Shown: piece after piece, positions 24,130 through 38,868 of the stretch | How the letters are laid out: every line of letters starts with the position of its first letter | Numbering within the stretch: position 1 is the stretch's first letter | NCBI GenBank assembly: GCA_030265395.1 | Contig: JARFYF010000051.1 | Location: forward strand, 14,062,399 to 14,126,398 | Length of the DNA stretch: 64,000 bases | Direction of reading: 5' to 3' | From: Rhina ancylostomus | Taxonomy: Eukaryota | Position numbers and translations under genes: made by a program | The notes under the pieces: model-generated | What the model was told of the DNA's origin: nothing | Database searches by the model: none | The model's input: the letters and a program-made list of their open reading frames with translations, nothing else

Positions 24130-25460
24130 GTTGACCTTTTCCATGGTTTGAGACCAAAGGCAATTTCTGCCAGTTCCAACTAAATATTCCAGCACCTGAC
24201 AACTTTCCTAGTCTCTGACCTGCTCTTATAGCCACACTGTATATATGGCTACTCCTGTTCAGTTTTTGGTCAATGGTAATCCACCTCCCAGGATACTGAT
24301 AGCAGGGATTTGGTGATGGTAATGCTAGTGATTGTCAGAGCACGATAGCAAGATTTTCTCTTGTTGGATATTGTCATTGCCTGGCACTTGTATGTTGTGA
24401 ATGTTAATTGCCACCTATCAGCAAAGACCTGGATATTGTAATGGTCTTACATTTGGATATGACTCCTTCATTATCTGAGTCATCACAAGTGGTGCTGAAT
24501 ATTGTGCAATTATCGGTGAATATCTCTACTTCTACCTTACGATTAAAGGAAGGTCATCAATGAAATAGCTGAAGATGTTTGGGTCTAGGACACTACCCCA
24601 AGGAACTCTTGCAGACATGTCCTGTGGCTGAGATAATTGACTACAATAACCATCTTCCTTTGCGCTAGGTATGATTCCAAACCTCCATCCTTCACACTGA
24701 CCAGTTCAGCCAGTGCTCCTTGATGTCATACTCAATCAAATGCTGCCTTCATACCAAGGGCAGTTACTCTGACTTCACCTCTGGAGTTCAGCTCTTCTGT
24801 CCATATTGTGACCAAGGCTGTAATGAGGTCAGGAGCTGAGTGACTTTGGCAGAACCCAAACTGAGCTTTTGTAAGCAGGTTGATGCTAAGAAAGTGCCAC
24901 ATGATAGCACTTTGCTATTCCTTCCATCATTTTGCTGATGAACAAGACTAGACTAGTACATTGGTAACTGGCCAAGTTGGATTTGTTCTGCTTCCCAAGG
25001 ATATACCTGGGCAGTTTTCTGTTTTGTCAGGTAGATGTCAGGGTTGTAGCTGTACTGGAACAGCTTGGCCAAGGGTGTCGCAAGTTCTATAGCACAAATC
25101 CTTAGTACTACTGCCAGAATGTTGTCAGATAGATCATCCACTCAGCACTTTTTTCTTGCAAATCCTTCAGCTTTCTCTTTTGCACTGATGTGCTGGACTC
25201 CCCATCATTGAGAATGAAGATATCTGTGGAGCTTCCTCCTCCAAGGAGTTACTTAATTGTCTACAACCATTCACGACTGGATGTGGCTGGACACAGAGTT
25301 TAGATCTGATCTGTTGGTTGTGGGATCGCTTAGCTGTCTATTGCAAGCTATTTATATTGTTTTGCAAGTAGTCCTGTCTTGAGGCCTCACAAGGTTGATC
25401 CCTCATTCTGAAGTATTCCTGGTGCTGCTCCACGCATCCTCTCCTGCACTCTTCATTCAC
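24130..25460 (-). mobile_element. Decayed CR1/L2-group LINE RT fragment (same family as 80-1940)
   Basis: ORF fragment ILAVVLRICAIELATPLAKLFQYSYNPDIY..AQVYP is typical of non-LTR RT. Confidence 0.8.
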
Positions 25461-27849
25461 TGACCACAAGTTTCCTGCTGCCTGCCACTTTAATTCATCA
25501 GCCAATTCCCACTCCAATCACTCTGTTCGTGGCCTCCTGCACTATTACAACAAGACTCAATGCAAGCTTNNNNNNNNNNTCAGTCTGGGGCACATTGCAA
25601 TCGTCCACATTCACTACCGAATTCCTCAATTTTAGGGAGCTCGCTCTTTTGTTCTGTCTGTGTCAGAACTAGCCATTTCTGCCTATAGTCTGTATTGTCT
25701 TCATACAGTATTGCATTCATATAGTCTGGACTGCAGAACTTGCCTCAGCCTCATTACTTACAGGCATTATAAAGGCAAAGAAGCATGATGTGTTTGCAGC
25801 TCTCCCCATTAACCCATTTTGATTTTCCTAATGACATTGATTTTCCTAATAGCACCCTCACTGCATCTGTCAGTCCAATACATCACATCAGATTTTGAAT
25901 ATGGTATGACACCTCCAACCGAAGGTCTGACCCAGACCAACAGGAAAGAGTAGTTTGTGCACAAGCTGCCCAAAGGGTGAAATGACATACCCTGAAGTGA
26001 TGAACTGCAAACATCAAGCTGTTGGTACAGATCAAAACACAATGAACATGGGCACATCTGATCAACATTGGAGGAAAATGATCAATCATTAACTGAAATA
26101 ATGTCTTTGAAACAAAGCTTCAATAATTTATTATTATTACAGCATCTATTACCAAAGACAATGATATTAATGAACTCACCTCAGGCTGAATAGCTTTAAA
26201 AACTGGTGCATCCATTAATGTTATCTGACTCTGTAAAATAAAATTGTAAATAAAATTACAATTTAATTGTAAAAGTAATTAACCTTCACAACAATTTTGC
26301 ACATTAAAGACTCCAAAATAATTTTCCCAGTTGTGTTCAACTTCAAAATATTAAATGTATTAAAATGCACTGAACCTACAAATACTATTAACAGATACTA
26401 TTAGAATTAATGTTGCACAACTTGATTCAAGTGGACCAAAATTAATGCATTCACCAATTTGATAAATAAATGTTTAAAAAATGGTCAGAGTTAAACTACC
26501 CAATTCAATGAGCCAGAACTTGGTGCTAGCAGCCAGCTATCTATTCTTGCTGGTGACTATGGTTGCCAACCATATTTTATAAGATTTCAAGTATCCAATC
26601 AGAAATAAGGCTACCCAATTTGACTAATAGTATGAAGCTAATAGAATAGCTGAGGGAAGGTGAAGTGCAGGGCAGAGCCAAGAATCCACAGGCCACTACA
26701 ACCATCATAAAAGGAACAGCCTGTGATCTAACCAATGAACTTTGAAGCCCACCAGATAGTAATCAGGATTATATGTAAAAGGTGGCCAGCACAACAGACT
26801 AGAGGTTAAAGGTCTTGAGATCCCTCATTACCATAATTATTTCAGCCTTATCAACCTAGAGTGTTTCATGATGACACACCAATTATTCTACACCCCTAAA
26901 ATTCCCTAATGTAGTGCTCATGGTGAGATTACAACATGGCCTCCTCTCCTCTTTGTATTACCTGGTATCAGAGCCACTCCTGTTTAGGGCTGCAATTTCA
27001 GACCTAGCCAGTAGATAATTCTGGGGCATCAGGGCCTTTCATAATATCAGGGCTTGAGTCAAGATGAAAGAAACAGTCAGCCCAGGAACCAGGCCACATA
27101 ACAGGATAGCTGGGAAAGATTGGGCAGGCTGAGGCAAGAATATTGACCAGCATGGCCAAGCACCAAAAACATTCTTGCACCTTAAACTATTCACCAGAGC
27201 TGGTGTACTGAATGATAATCATTGCTGCTTGAAGCTTTAGGACATCAGCTAACAGAAGGATGAGGAAACCTCAATGGCCTGCACAGCTCTATGGGGAGCT
27301 TAGCTCCACAGTATAATCCTGGCACAAACACCACAGAGTGATTCAAAAGACTGGTAGATAGATTGCTACAGGTAAACACCTGCAGTCATTCAAACAACTT
27401 CAAAGTGGAAAAGCCCTAAAGTACCCTCAGTTATGAAGGTAACTGCTGGCAGGCTTTATGAAAGATCTGGCTGATGCAGACAGAGATACAACAGGATAAA
27501 ACCTTGCTCAACAACATCCTGCTTGCTTCCAGCCTATTATTTGTGAGATATAATCTTAGCAATATTATTGTTGACCAATGCAGCAAGTACAAACTTAACT
27601 TTTGTAGTCCCTGACGTAGCCAGTTAATAAACATTTCAAAAACCTTCTGTGCCTGCAATGTCAGACATTCAGAAGCATTGTAAAACATTAAACTATATCA
27701 GAGTAAAAGCATTTAAAATAATTTAAATAATTGAGTTAAAAGATTCATATTAATTCAAAAAAATTTAATTACTTAACACTGAGCAAGGTCATCTGCAGCT
27801 ACTTCCCTCCATTGAAATACTGTAAATGGATCCACTCTTCCAGCAAAAT

Positions 27850-28390
27850 AGACACACAAAAGACCCCAGACAATGAAAACTGGAGCAAAAAGCAAGGAAC
27901 TCAGGTGGGTCATGCAGCATCTATGGAGGCTACGGGATAGTCGATGTTTCCGGTTTACACTCTATCTTGATGCACGGTGACAAGGAGGGATAGCCAGTAT
28001 AGAGAGGTGAGAGTGAGGAGTAAGGCAGGGACAGGTAGAACCAGATAAGGATGAGATGATGAACAAAAGGAGCCAGGTGGGGGAGGGGCAGGTGGAAGTA
28101 GAAGGATGGTAGTGAGGGAGATGGTGGAGGAACAAGTATTACACCTCCTACACTTGCAGAGGAACATGCCAGGGAACCGGGGGTGGGGGGGGGGGTGGGG
28201 ATNNNNNNNNNNNNNNNNNNNNNNNNNNNNNNNNNNNNNNNNNNNNNNNNNNNNNNNNNNNNNNNNNNNNNNNNNNNNNNNNNNNNNNNNNNNNNNNNNN
28301 NNCCCATAGATGTTGCCTGACCTGCTGAGTTCCTCCTGCATTTTGTGTGTGTGGCTCCAGATTCAACATCTGCAGAATCTCTTGTGTGAC
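27850..28390. mobile_element. Penelope-like inverted-arm remnant (gapped)
   Basis: 'gaactcaggtgggtcatgcagcatctatgg' pairs with 'ccatagatgttgcctgacctgctgagttcc'. Confidence 0.7.
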
Positions 28391-29444
28391 AGTGTTTATA
28401 CTCCATTGTTATGCCTTCTGTCCTTATCTATTTGCTGTTAGTACTACACTTTCTTTCTAGTTTACACCTAAAATGTATCTATTATTTTCCTTGCTTACTA
28501 CTGAATACTGAATTTCATCTTCTCTGCGCTCTTTTGATGAGGAAGTCTGTGCTCTTTATGACTCTTGTTTTAATGGCCTGAAATTTTTTTCATCTCCACA
28601 GTAGGAGTAATTTGTCTACTTTATCAAAATCTTTTTTGACAAACAGCATTCTGTTTTCAAGAGTGGAGCATTTGGCTCTTTATCCTTTCCCAAGGGATAT
28701 AATCATATTTTCAAAATCTATGTGAACTTTTGTACAAACATCTCCAGTGTTTATCATTATGATAAAAAACAACCCAAATTACACTAAATTCCAAGGGGTT
28801 TAACCAAGATTTGAAACTTTCATTTTGTATACTAAAACATTTGGGCTGTAACTTTAATTAGAAATAATAATCTGGATTAAACAGTCTTCCTCTCCAATTT
28901 ACCTTATTGGACACCTTCAATCTCATCTTTCTTTGAGAATTCCTCTGCTGAAATAGAAAATTTCCATTCCTTACTTGTTTCAGTGTGGTTAGGGCAAGTC
29001 ATTTGGCAGCAGAAGTATCTATGAAAGTACTTGAGGCTGATGGGCCAGTCCTTCTAAATGCTAGCAAATTTCTCAGATATAACTCAGAAATTGGGAGCAT
29101 GCTGCCTTTCAGAGGAAGAGTACAGTGAATATGCATTGTATTAATATTAATGGTGTGTGTTATTTAATGAGCCACTTTTGTTACTGTGTCCCTTGATTAC
29201 TAAGTGGTTAATTGTCCTGAGATAGACCTTTGAGTGAATTAAAGTTTGGACTGATGCTGATTTTTGGAAAAGGTGACTCGTGAATGTCACCAGAAAACAT
29301 CTGTTGTCACTTTGAAAGTTTGTGTGGAGATGCTTGCTTTATGCTGTGAAGTGTGATGTGGAAATTTGCTGTTATGAACAAAGATATATGGTCTTTCTGA
29401 TATAGGATTTGCATTTGGTATTCATTTAGTGCCATTTTAAGATA

Positions 29445-29710
29445 GTGGCTCAATTGGTAATGCTGTTGCCTCTGAATTTTGGAGTGAATGTAAGTCCAGC
29501 TCTGGACGGTTGAGTACCAAATCCAGGCTGACGTCCCAATGTTGTAATGAGGGAATCCTTGGGTGGATATAAAGGATCCCATGGCATCATTGGAAGAGCA
29601 AGTTACTTGCTCATGTATATCCTTGTCAGCAGCACTAAACAGATTATTTCATCATAATCACATTGCTAAATGTGGGTTTTGTGTACAACTGCGTTTTCTG
29701 GTGTTACAGC
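29445..29710 (+). mobile_element. Deu-domain SINE (SacSINE1/AmnSINE-like) remnant
   Basis: tRNA-like head 'tggctcaattggtaa' and Deu-domain 'ggatataaaggatcccatggcatcattggaagagca'. Confidence 0.65.
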
Positions 29711-30154
29711 ACCCTGGTCTACTTTTTTTCTCTTCTCTCCCCACCCCCCCCTGCCCCATCAACCCCCAGCACCATCTCCCCTTTCTTAGGTTTCTTTTGT
29801 GCTGATGATGCAACATCTTTTTGCATCTGCCTATGGCCCTGCAGCTCATAGTTTAAACTATGATGTACTTTTATATCTTTGTAATATTTTATTTTGAAGA
29901 ACATGAACTTCTCTAAACTGAGGTAGCCAAATGTAAATTGGGTGATCACTTTGCTGAGCACCTTTGTTCATTTGAAGCATCCCAAGGATGTGAAAGGCAC
30001 TGACTTTTTTTTAAAGATGCAGCTATTTTTGAATGTTGTGTAATATACCTGTGATTTACATATGCAGATCTTGCCAAGGTGGCTAAAATTTTATTTTTCC
30101 CCCTTCTTTCCTCTTTTTTTTTCTCCCTCTTCTTTTCCACCCCCCACCCCCCAG

Positions 30155-30376
30155 GTCACATAGCTCCACCTGCTCGAAGTGGGCACCGCTGTGTTGCAGA
30201 TAATTCAAACCTTTATGTGTTTGGAGGCTACAACCCAGACTATGAGGAGTCTGGTGGTCCAGAGAATGAAGCCTATCCGCTTTTCCGTGAACTCTGGCGA
30301 TATCATTTTGCCTCTGGTACTTGGCAGCAAGTGGGTACAGAGGGATTCATGCCCAGGGAGCTAGCATCGATGTCAG
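30155..30376 (+). CDS. KLHDC10: KLHDC10 exon 3 (kelch repeat)
   Basis: HIAPPARSGHRCVADNSNLYVFGGYNPDYEESGGPENEAYPLFRELWRYHFASGTWQQVGTEGFMPRELASMS; long pyrimidine tract and AG; GT donor. Confidence 0.97.
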
Positions 30377-32974
30377 GTACAGCTTGCATCATTTCTTGAA
30401 TGCTTTTCACTGAGTACTAAATTTTTATTCGCTCGTGACTATTCAAGCTGTTGTAAAATATGATGGTTAGAGGTGTGGAATTTTTGTGTTTATATCTATT
30501 TGACATGTTCCACAGGGGTGAAATGCACAGCATTAAGCTTTTGGATTTGTGCTTCCAAGTTGTTCGGAAGCACATAATTAGAAAAATGTTTGCAGCTTCT
30601 GGATTAGTGGTACAAGCTTGCCATTGTGGCTCTTAGAGTAGTCATGATTGTTAACAATTTTATGCATGTTTGCACAATACTAAAGGGATTACAATTTAGT
30701 ATGATGTTTCTTGCTGCCTTCTTGCATGTATTTGCCATCCATTAAGCATTTATACCTGTTGCCTATTGGTTTCTCTCATCTGGACTGCAGGAGTCATGCC
30801 ATTGACTGTATTCATTTTCAGTATTAGACCCTCAGGTCCTGCCACTGGCAGGCTCTAAGTCACTTCAATGTGGAATTTCCTAGCACTTGGAGCTATGGAT
30901 GTGAATGGAACTAATATCCTTCATGGGTAGCTAGATGACTATAGGGGGGTGGGTGGAGAAAGGAACAGAAGACCTAGCAATCTGCAGTGCCAGCCTTTGC
31001 AACTGTCATCAGCCTGCATTATTCTTTCCCGACAAATGCTGTTTGTTTCCAGCGGTTTCTTCTTTTTGCTTAAAGAAAATCATCTACATTGAGATGAGTT
31101 GAAGAATGGGCTGTTTCAGCACTGCTTTGTATGAAGTACAGGTAGTGTGTTATTTGGTGAAATAAAACTGTTTAGATTGTAATAACCACAGATCTTGACA
31201 TGTTACATCTGTATTCAAATGTGTAGTTGTGCAATTAAAGGCAACAGCAGAACCAGAATAGGCCCAACAAATTGAATGTCATAATTCTGTTCTGGAAGCT
31301 TCAATGATTTCTATAGTACACCAGCAATGAGGAAAAACTCTTTACAGACTGCAGAACATAAACTGGGCTGTACCACTATTCAATTAGTTTTAGCTTTTGA
31401 CATGTTTTGCGTGATATTTTAATTGCAGCTGACATCTTAGTTAAACAATTTTCTGCCTGCCTTTTTTGTATTTGTACTGTAGATTGGAAGGAAACACCTT
31501 GATGTAAAGTAGGTTTATTTAAGTGCAGATTGATTGGCAGAGGGAGTTGGATATTGACAACCAAGTCTGGAAAAGGCATAAGAGGATTGGGAAGTGAAGA
31601 GGGGGGAGGTTGTTGTGTCTTTGGAGATGAAATTATGTAGCCAGGAGCAAAGGCAGTTGTGGTAAGATGTAGCTACATTTTGGCTTAACCAGTACATTGT
31701 GGTGCTTGGGCTGAATTTGAGCAATCTCCCATCTTCCTTGTCTAACTCTGTCCATGTAAACTTGTTTTCTCTCGTATTCCTATGTAGTCTCACTGCAAGT
31801 TCATCTGTGCGATTTACCTTGACCAGTCACTGTGGTATTGAGCTGCATACTTGCCATTTTCTAAATGTATTTGATTTTTCAATGACAATGTATTGATTGC
31901 TGTTAGTTTTGCTCCTTCCACAAGTGAAAACATTGTTCTCTTGATTAAAATTCTTAAATATTTTAAAGACTTTAATGGGTTGCCCTTTAGAGGATATGTA
32001 CCCAGGTGCTTGATCCTTTGCTGATAGTTAAACATTTGTGGTTCTGCTATCATCCTTGCAAATATTTTTTTTATCCACTTTTAATGTTTCCAAATGTCCT
32101 TTTATTAAAGTGACTACCAAAACTGTGCCTAGTATTTCAAATGTGGTCCAACCAAAGCTTGATATTAATTTAAACTTCTTCTCTATTTCCAGTTATTCTC
32201 TGTAAAAGTGACTACTTCTGCTTGGTTTGCTTTCTTCTTCCCCCTTGCCATTCTGTGTTTTAATTTTCAATGTCTTCTGTGTTATACACTTGTTATTTTG
32301 CTTCTCTGACTTTTTTATTTTCCAAAAAAAAGGCAATCTCTTGTTTATATTCCTTCTTTGTGGCAGCTATTCCTTGCAATTTAGTGTTTGACCTATCCAC
32401 ATGTAATTCATTAATATGTGATCTCAGCACTAACACTTTTGGGACCCCACTTTCTATGTTTCCAGTAGATGTGTTTATTCTTGCAGTTGGCTTGTTATTC
32501 ATTCTGCCACTTGTCCTCAGTATTCATTTTCTATTTTCATTATTGTATAAACAATGCCAGAGGACATTATCAACCAGTAATCTCACTTTTTTTTTATAGT
32601 AATGATCAGGAGAAAGATACAAAAATTATTATCTGAGTGGGTGCAAGTTCTTGCTGTACATTTGGGTGTGTGTATATTTGTGTGGAGGGGTGGCTGTTAT
32701 GAAAGTTTAAATAATAATGCCTATGCTGAGGGGGAGAGGTCATTTCACTTGATTATCCCTGGGTATGAAACCATCAAAGCAAGTATATCTTCCTTCTCTG
32801 GTTGATCAGTGGGCTTTCTGTTGCATTTTTTTTTTGAATGGGTTAGGTACGGATCTTTATAGAGTAGGCAATCTGTTGCTTGTTACAGAATAGAGGTTCC
32901 ATTAATTTGTAAATTTGTGTCCAGTTTTTTTTGACTACTAAGATGTAGCATTGTTTACATTGTCTACTTTACAG

Positions 32975-33129
32975 TTGTTTTGCATGGTAATAACTTGTTG
33001 GTGTTTGGAGGCACTGGCGTCCCCTTTGGCGAGAGCAGTGGGAATGATGTACATGTGTGCAACGTTAACTACAAACGATGGGCGCTGCTTAACTGTCGAG
33101 GGAAGAAACCCAACCGCATCTATGGGCAG
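32975..33129 (+). CDS. KLHDC10: KLHDC10 exon 4
   Basis: VVLHGNNLLVFGGTGVPFGESSGNDVHVCNVNYKRWALLNCRGKKPNRIYGQ; phases consistent with neighbours. Confidence 0.97.
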
Positions 33130-34832
33130 GTCGGTGACTCTCTGCCCTTGAATGGTATTGTTTACTGTCATTCTTTCTTCCTCTTCCGCCTTTCAAAAGG
33201 GTCCCCCTCTTGTCAGTTAAAAGGGTACCCCTATCCTTTCTCCCTCTGGCTCCCAGCCTGTACCTTTCCATCATTGCCAATGGTAATCTTAAGAGTTTTA
33301 ATCAAAAGTTTGGCCTCAGTTGAATAGAGAATATTTGCTTATCGGTACATTTTATAACCATACAAATTAGATACTTTCTCTTTCCCCTAACTTAATCAAA
33401 ATTGATGTCTAGGGTGTGCGGTGAATAATAAAACACAATATAATTGCCCAGTTTGAATGTGACAGCCAGGCTGGGAATTTCCCACCGTGAATTATAGCTA
33501 GAAATGACTGAAGATTTTAGAAGCATAATCTGTTCTGCTTTGCTATGTTACAACCTTTTTACATTGTGCTCAGCAAATCTCTGCTTTGAACAGGCCATGT
33601 CATCCTTCTGTTGATTCACTATGTTACAAACACCTGTTTCATTCGATCCCCTATACATCCAGCTCTGCTCCTTTAGAATAAGCAAACAGCCAGCCTCTGA
33701 TTGCACATATAACCATCCCCAGCATCATTTCATGGTTTTGCTGGTATGCCCTCCACCACACCACAAATTCTAGTTGGGTGCTCTCGTCGCTATTAATAGG
33801 GGATAAATTTTAGCTCTCTCCTACCAGGAATGGAGATGGAGGGAGAATAACTAGTATTCCTATGCCCAGGACGTGTGATGGACAGGTTCCATTATTTATG
33901 GACTTGGAAATTCTGTAATGGGAATATAAAAATAAAGACAGACTGAAATGATGTTTAAATGAATCCTGAACTACATCAATATACTTCAGTCCCATTGCTT
34001 TTCTCATCAGCCCATTCTCGATGATCCTGCCCCCATCAGAGTTCTGAACAGTTTCTGTGTAATGTTATGGGAGGCCAGCTAGTATTGGTTGCCAGTTACT
34101 ATGCATGAGAGCGCTAAAATGGAGGTGATTTGCATTTAATGTGTGAGCTCTTTCTCTCTTCCTCCCCTTCCAGCCCTCTGGTTTAATTATAAGAGTTGAC
34201 TAAGCAGTTGTGGGAGCTCTTTGTTCTTTAACAAAGAAAAGGTTTATCATTTCACAGTTAAGTGGTTTGCCAAACTTCATAGTATGGAAGCTGGTGGTCA
34301 GAATCTCCATCGTAATGTCTGGTACTGAGTGATGTAGATCAGAATGCATTGGTGAGCAGCAACCAAAATGGATTTTTTAAAAAAATGTAGAAAACTTATG
34401 ACACAGTGTCTACCAGTGGCACAGAACCAATATAAACCTCTCTGATGTCCTGTGCAGTGGGGACATTTGCTTGTCAACTTGTCTTGGACCAATTATTATC
34501 TGTTCAATCTTTCATCTGTGTAATATATATTGAACAGCTTTGTAGTTCTTCTTGCAGCTAAAGTTTAAGTACACGTTCTTATTAATTTGTACTTCAAGCT
34601 GCTTTACAGACCAACCTTTGCACTCTGATTCAGGATTTATCCATCAGTGCTAGCATCATTATTAAAAGACTGTCATTTCCAAGCTTCCAGTTTTGTATAA
34701 TTCAAATGGGGAAATGCAAAATATCACAACTTCGAGGACTGGATAGCCAGAGCTGTAAGACACCCATGGTAAGTCAGCTATCATTTGGAGAATTGTCTTG
34801 GATGTTCACCTGTCTTTGCTGTTAATTTCTAG

Positions 34833-34981
34833 GCAATGGTGATCATAAACGGTTACTTGTACATATTTGGTGGGACAACTGGTTATGTTTACAACACAGA
34901 CTTACACCGATTAGACCTTACAGCCCGAGAATGGATACAGCTGAAACCAAATAACCCTCCTAGTGACTTACCAGAAGAAAG
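34833..34981 (+). CDS. KLHDC10: KLHDC10 exon 5
   Basis: AMVIINGYLYIFGGTTGYVYNTDLHRLDLTAREWIQLKPNNPPSDLPEE-R; ag/gtgagc boundaries. Not in the ORF track. Confidence 0.96.
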
Positions 34982-36769
34982 GTGAGCAACCATAGAACAC
35001 TGTCTGGTCAAGGCAGCTCCCAAGCTCAAGTGATCCTTATGGGCATCTGGTGTTCTTGGGTTTGGGTACAAATGTAATGATTTTGTTAGACTCTGTTTAA
35101 AGAAAATGTGATTAACTCAAGTTTATCCATTGGATGATGTTGACATCTGAGTGGCCCAGTGCTGATCCATTAAGGTTTTGTAGATGCACTCCTACCTGAT
35201 TTTGGACTCTAGGTCAGCAATGAATTCAGCTTTTAGTTTGCATGTTGTGTGCAGGGTGGTGATAGTGATTTGTGCAGCAGAGTTCTTTCTTGACCGGTTT
35301 GCAAACCACAGTGAAGTATTTTCTTGGTAGCTTGTTGAAAGTTTGCATATGACTCATGGTTTTTAGGGTGAGATAGAGTACACACTAAACTACATACAAG
35401 TGAGGGGTTACAGCTTTATGGAGTCCAAAAAAAACCCTAAAATTGTATATTTAAGAAGTAGTAAAGTGAACCTGACATTTCAGTCTTGTTACTTTATTAA
35501 ACAGGGAATAGATACTGTCTATTTGGTTTAATTTTGTTTTGCATTCTTTCCACCTCATGCCTGTACCCTGCTCCATACACAGTTGACTAAAAATTTGCTA
35601 GGTCCCTGAGAGGCCTTGAGTATACTGGTGTGAATGATTCTGTACTGTGCAGGGGACAGTCTGAGAGTCCCTTATCTCTGATTTCAGTATTGTTGTATTT
35701 AACTTCTTCATTGGCTTCTTACTCTCCAGTTCTACAGTGCTTTTGGGAACCACTGATATATCAAAAGATGCTTCTGCGAGATCCAGATTGAGAACCTGGC
35801 AGTGACTTATTCCCTCTTCCTTCTCTCACCCTCTTTTGCACCTTCAACCTTACTTTGCTGATCCTAGTTCTTCTGTGTTCTGATCCTAATCTTCAGAGAT
35901 TGAAACCAATTCCCATATCTTGGATCTGGCTAAAGATGTGCTTTCTTCTGTAGGACTCTGCCGCTCCCTAGGAACAAATTGCTATTCCATTGAGCTATTT
36001 CTATAGAGTGACTCGTTCATGTACATTAATAACTTAGACTTGGGAATGCAAGGCATTTTGAAGTTTGCAGATGAAGTTTGGAAATGTAACATACCTCAGT
36101 AGGGCACTGACAAGCTGTGAAATGGGCTGGCACATGGCAAATGAAATTTAATGGTGGGAAGTATAAAGAGAAGCAAGACTGATCTGGAGATATATAACAT
36201 GACTTTGTGGCAGAAAAAGTTTTTGAAACAAAAAGGAATGCTTGGCCTTTATTGTTGAAGAGAAAGCAAGGAAGTCATGTTGAGCCTGTGGTATTTTGTT
36301 CAGTTCTAGGCACCAGATTTCAGGATTGACATGGGACTTGGAGGGTGCAGTACAGATCTAGGAATGAGGGACCAGTTATTTGAAGAGACTGCAGAAGTAG
36401 AAGTTGTTTCTCCTTGCATCTCTGAAAGAGCACATCTCTGACAGTGCAGCACTCCCTCAACACACTATTGGATGTGTTAAGATTAGATATGTGCTCTTGT
36501 CTCAAGGCAGATGAACCAATCAGAAGGAATGTGAGAATGAACAGGTTGAGGAGACAAAGTATAAAAAAAAAAGTTCCTAAGAATTGAAGGAGAATGGACA
36601 CGACCTTGAGTGTTGACCAAGGGAGTGGATGAATGAACAGTCACCAGGACTATGATAGAGGAAGTTGCAAAAGTCTTTTGAAGGCAGGAGAAGAACAATA
36701 AATTAGGAGTGTGCCAAGGTCTTGGAAGTATAGCCAAATAAGTATGTATGGAACAATTTGTGTTTTCAG

Positions 36770-36854
36770 GTACCGACATGAAATTGCACACGATGGACAG
36801 AGGATATATATACTGGGTGGGGGAACGTCGTGGACAACCTATCCACTAGATAAG
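36770..36854 (+). CDS. KLHDC10: KLHDC10 exon 6
   Basis: YRHEIAHDGQRIYILGGGTSWTTYPLDK; ag/gt boundaries. Confidence 0.96.
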
Positions 36855-37650
36855 GTAGGGGATACCAGCCATTACTCAGTCCTGGGGGAAGGGTTGGGCA
36901 TGCAAGTAGATGGGAAAAGAAATTTGTAGGTTAACAAAAAAAATTTTCATTGGCTATTTTGTTGTAATAAATTTTGCAGAGAATGTTGTCAGACAGGTCT
37001 TGATATGTTGCTCTCTATTCAGAGGTGAGTGGTGGAGATCAGAAGGAATGGAGAAATTCTGCTTGGATCATTTCAGGATCAGTATCAAACTAATAATATC
37101 ATCTGGAACTGAATACCCCAGGCCAGTGGCATGCTGCAATGAGGTGATGATTATATCACCCCAGAGGCTAGAGTTGGGCTGGAGGAAATGCCAAATGAAT
37201 ACCAAGTTATCAATAATTAGATGCCAGCTGCTATCTATCTACATGGTACTGTGGATCAAAGGTTTAACTGCATTTTAATAGATCTTAGAGCTATCATAGA
37301 TGAAATCAAATATTGACAGATGAAAATAGAAGAAACTATAATCAATAGTTATCCAATGAACATGGATACCGGATATGCACAGCAACGTAGTCTGCAGCAT
37401 AATTCAAAGGGGCACAAGGCGAGTTTCTAAAACTCCTCAGATTGGACACTTGGTGGGGGGGGGTTGGTTCATAGTGCACTTGGATGCTAGACTGCCAGAA
37501 TTTGGTGAAGGTGCTCCATGGATCAAATATTCCACTTGGTGTTGAAAAATCTGGTGTCAGGATTGACATAACCAATGCTAGATGAAATATGGGGAGCTGC
37601 GACAAGGAATTATGTTTCCAAGACATGGTCTGCATTTATTTAATTTTCAG

Positions 37651-37717
37651 ATACATGCCTATAACTTGGAGACTAATACATGGGAGGAGATACAAACAAA
37701 ACCACAGGAGAGAACAG
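37651..37717 (+). CDS. KLHDC10: KLHDC10 exon 7 (followed by a GC donor)
   Basis: IHAYNLETNTWEEIQTKPQERT-G; ends CAG|gcaagt, phase 1, matching exon 8. Confidence 0.93.
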
Positions 37718-38868
37718 GCAAGTCTGACATTTTTGTTTTCTAATGAACTTAAAGGACAGGAATAAAGCTGCTGCAATTTTAAGGGTTTTTTTAGGTATGG
37801 GGTTTTTCAAATTTTCTGCTCTTTTCCTACTAATTTCCACTAGCACTGATCTCTGACCCCAACAATCCCTCATTGTTTGGTTTTCAGTTCATACATGTGC
37901 TAAACACTGCCCATCTCTAAGCTTTCAGACTGTGTTGGAACCTAGGTGCAGTGAGAGTTAGTTGATTTGAAGGCAACTTTGCTCACATGATCAGAGGACA
38001 TAAGTTTTAAATTGATCTTTTTAAAGGAAATTATTTAAAACCATGTAGTAAAATCAGCTGCTTTAAACTCCCCTGTACAAAATCTTGTCAAAGTACCACA
38101 GAAGGAGGGAGGGATTAAGAGTTATTGAAAAGATGGGTTTTAGGAAGATTTTTATTGAGAGAGTTGGGATCATCCTGAGAGGTATGGGGCTGAGGCAGCA
38201 GCTAGTTTAACTGCCAGTAATTGGGTTTGAAGGAGAGAAACCAATGCAAAAAAAAAGTTCCAAATGGAACAGCAGTAGTCACAAAGTACAAGGAGGTTGC
38301 AGAGATTGTGGAGCAAAAGCAGGAAAGAACTTGAAGATAAAGGCATATTTAAATCAACAGACTATGGGAGGATGGGCGCTATTTTACATGAAGATGATGC
38401 AGTTTTGATCGCCTTGTCGAATTATTGGCAGAGGTGAGCTTACTGTAATAGTTTTGTACTTTTGTTGTGGGGATAATCCTTAAATGCACTTTTTTCATTC
38501 AATATTAGTTTTATGGTGCGATAAGAAATTGTGGTTTCATCCATGAGTTGGGGAAAATAAAAATGGGATTGGTATAAAATAGAGAAACACAGGACTGTGG
38601 ATGCTGGAATCTAGATGTAAAACACTCAGTCCTGAACCAAAATGTTGACTGCCTGCTTTTCTCCATGGATGCTNNNNNNNNNNNNNNNNNNNNNNNNNNN
38701 NNNNNNNNNNNNNNNNNNNNNNNNNNNNNNNNNNNNNNNNNNNNNNNNNNNNNNNNNNNNNNNNNNNNNNNNNNNNNNNNNNNNCTTCTAGTTTATTTCT
38801 TGTCCCCCTCCAATTTTATGCCTCATCATCATAGCCTGATCCTAACCAGGTTTCTTTTTAAACTGTAG

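Noticed and set aside
26963-26976. TGGTATCAGAGCCA, resembling an LTR-retrotransposon tRNA-iMet primer-binding site
   Set aside because: It matches the plant-type iMet 3' end rather than the vertebrate one, and no LTR pair or gag/pol is visible nearby; probably chance.
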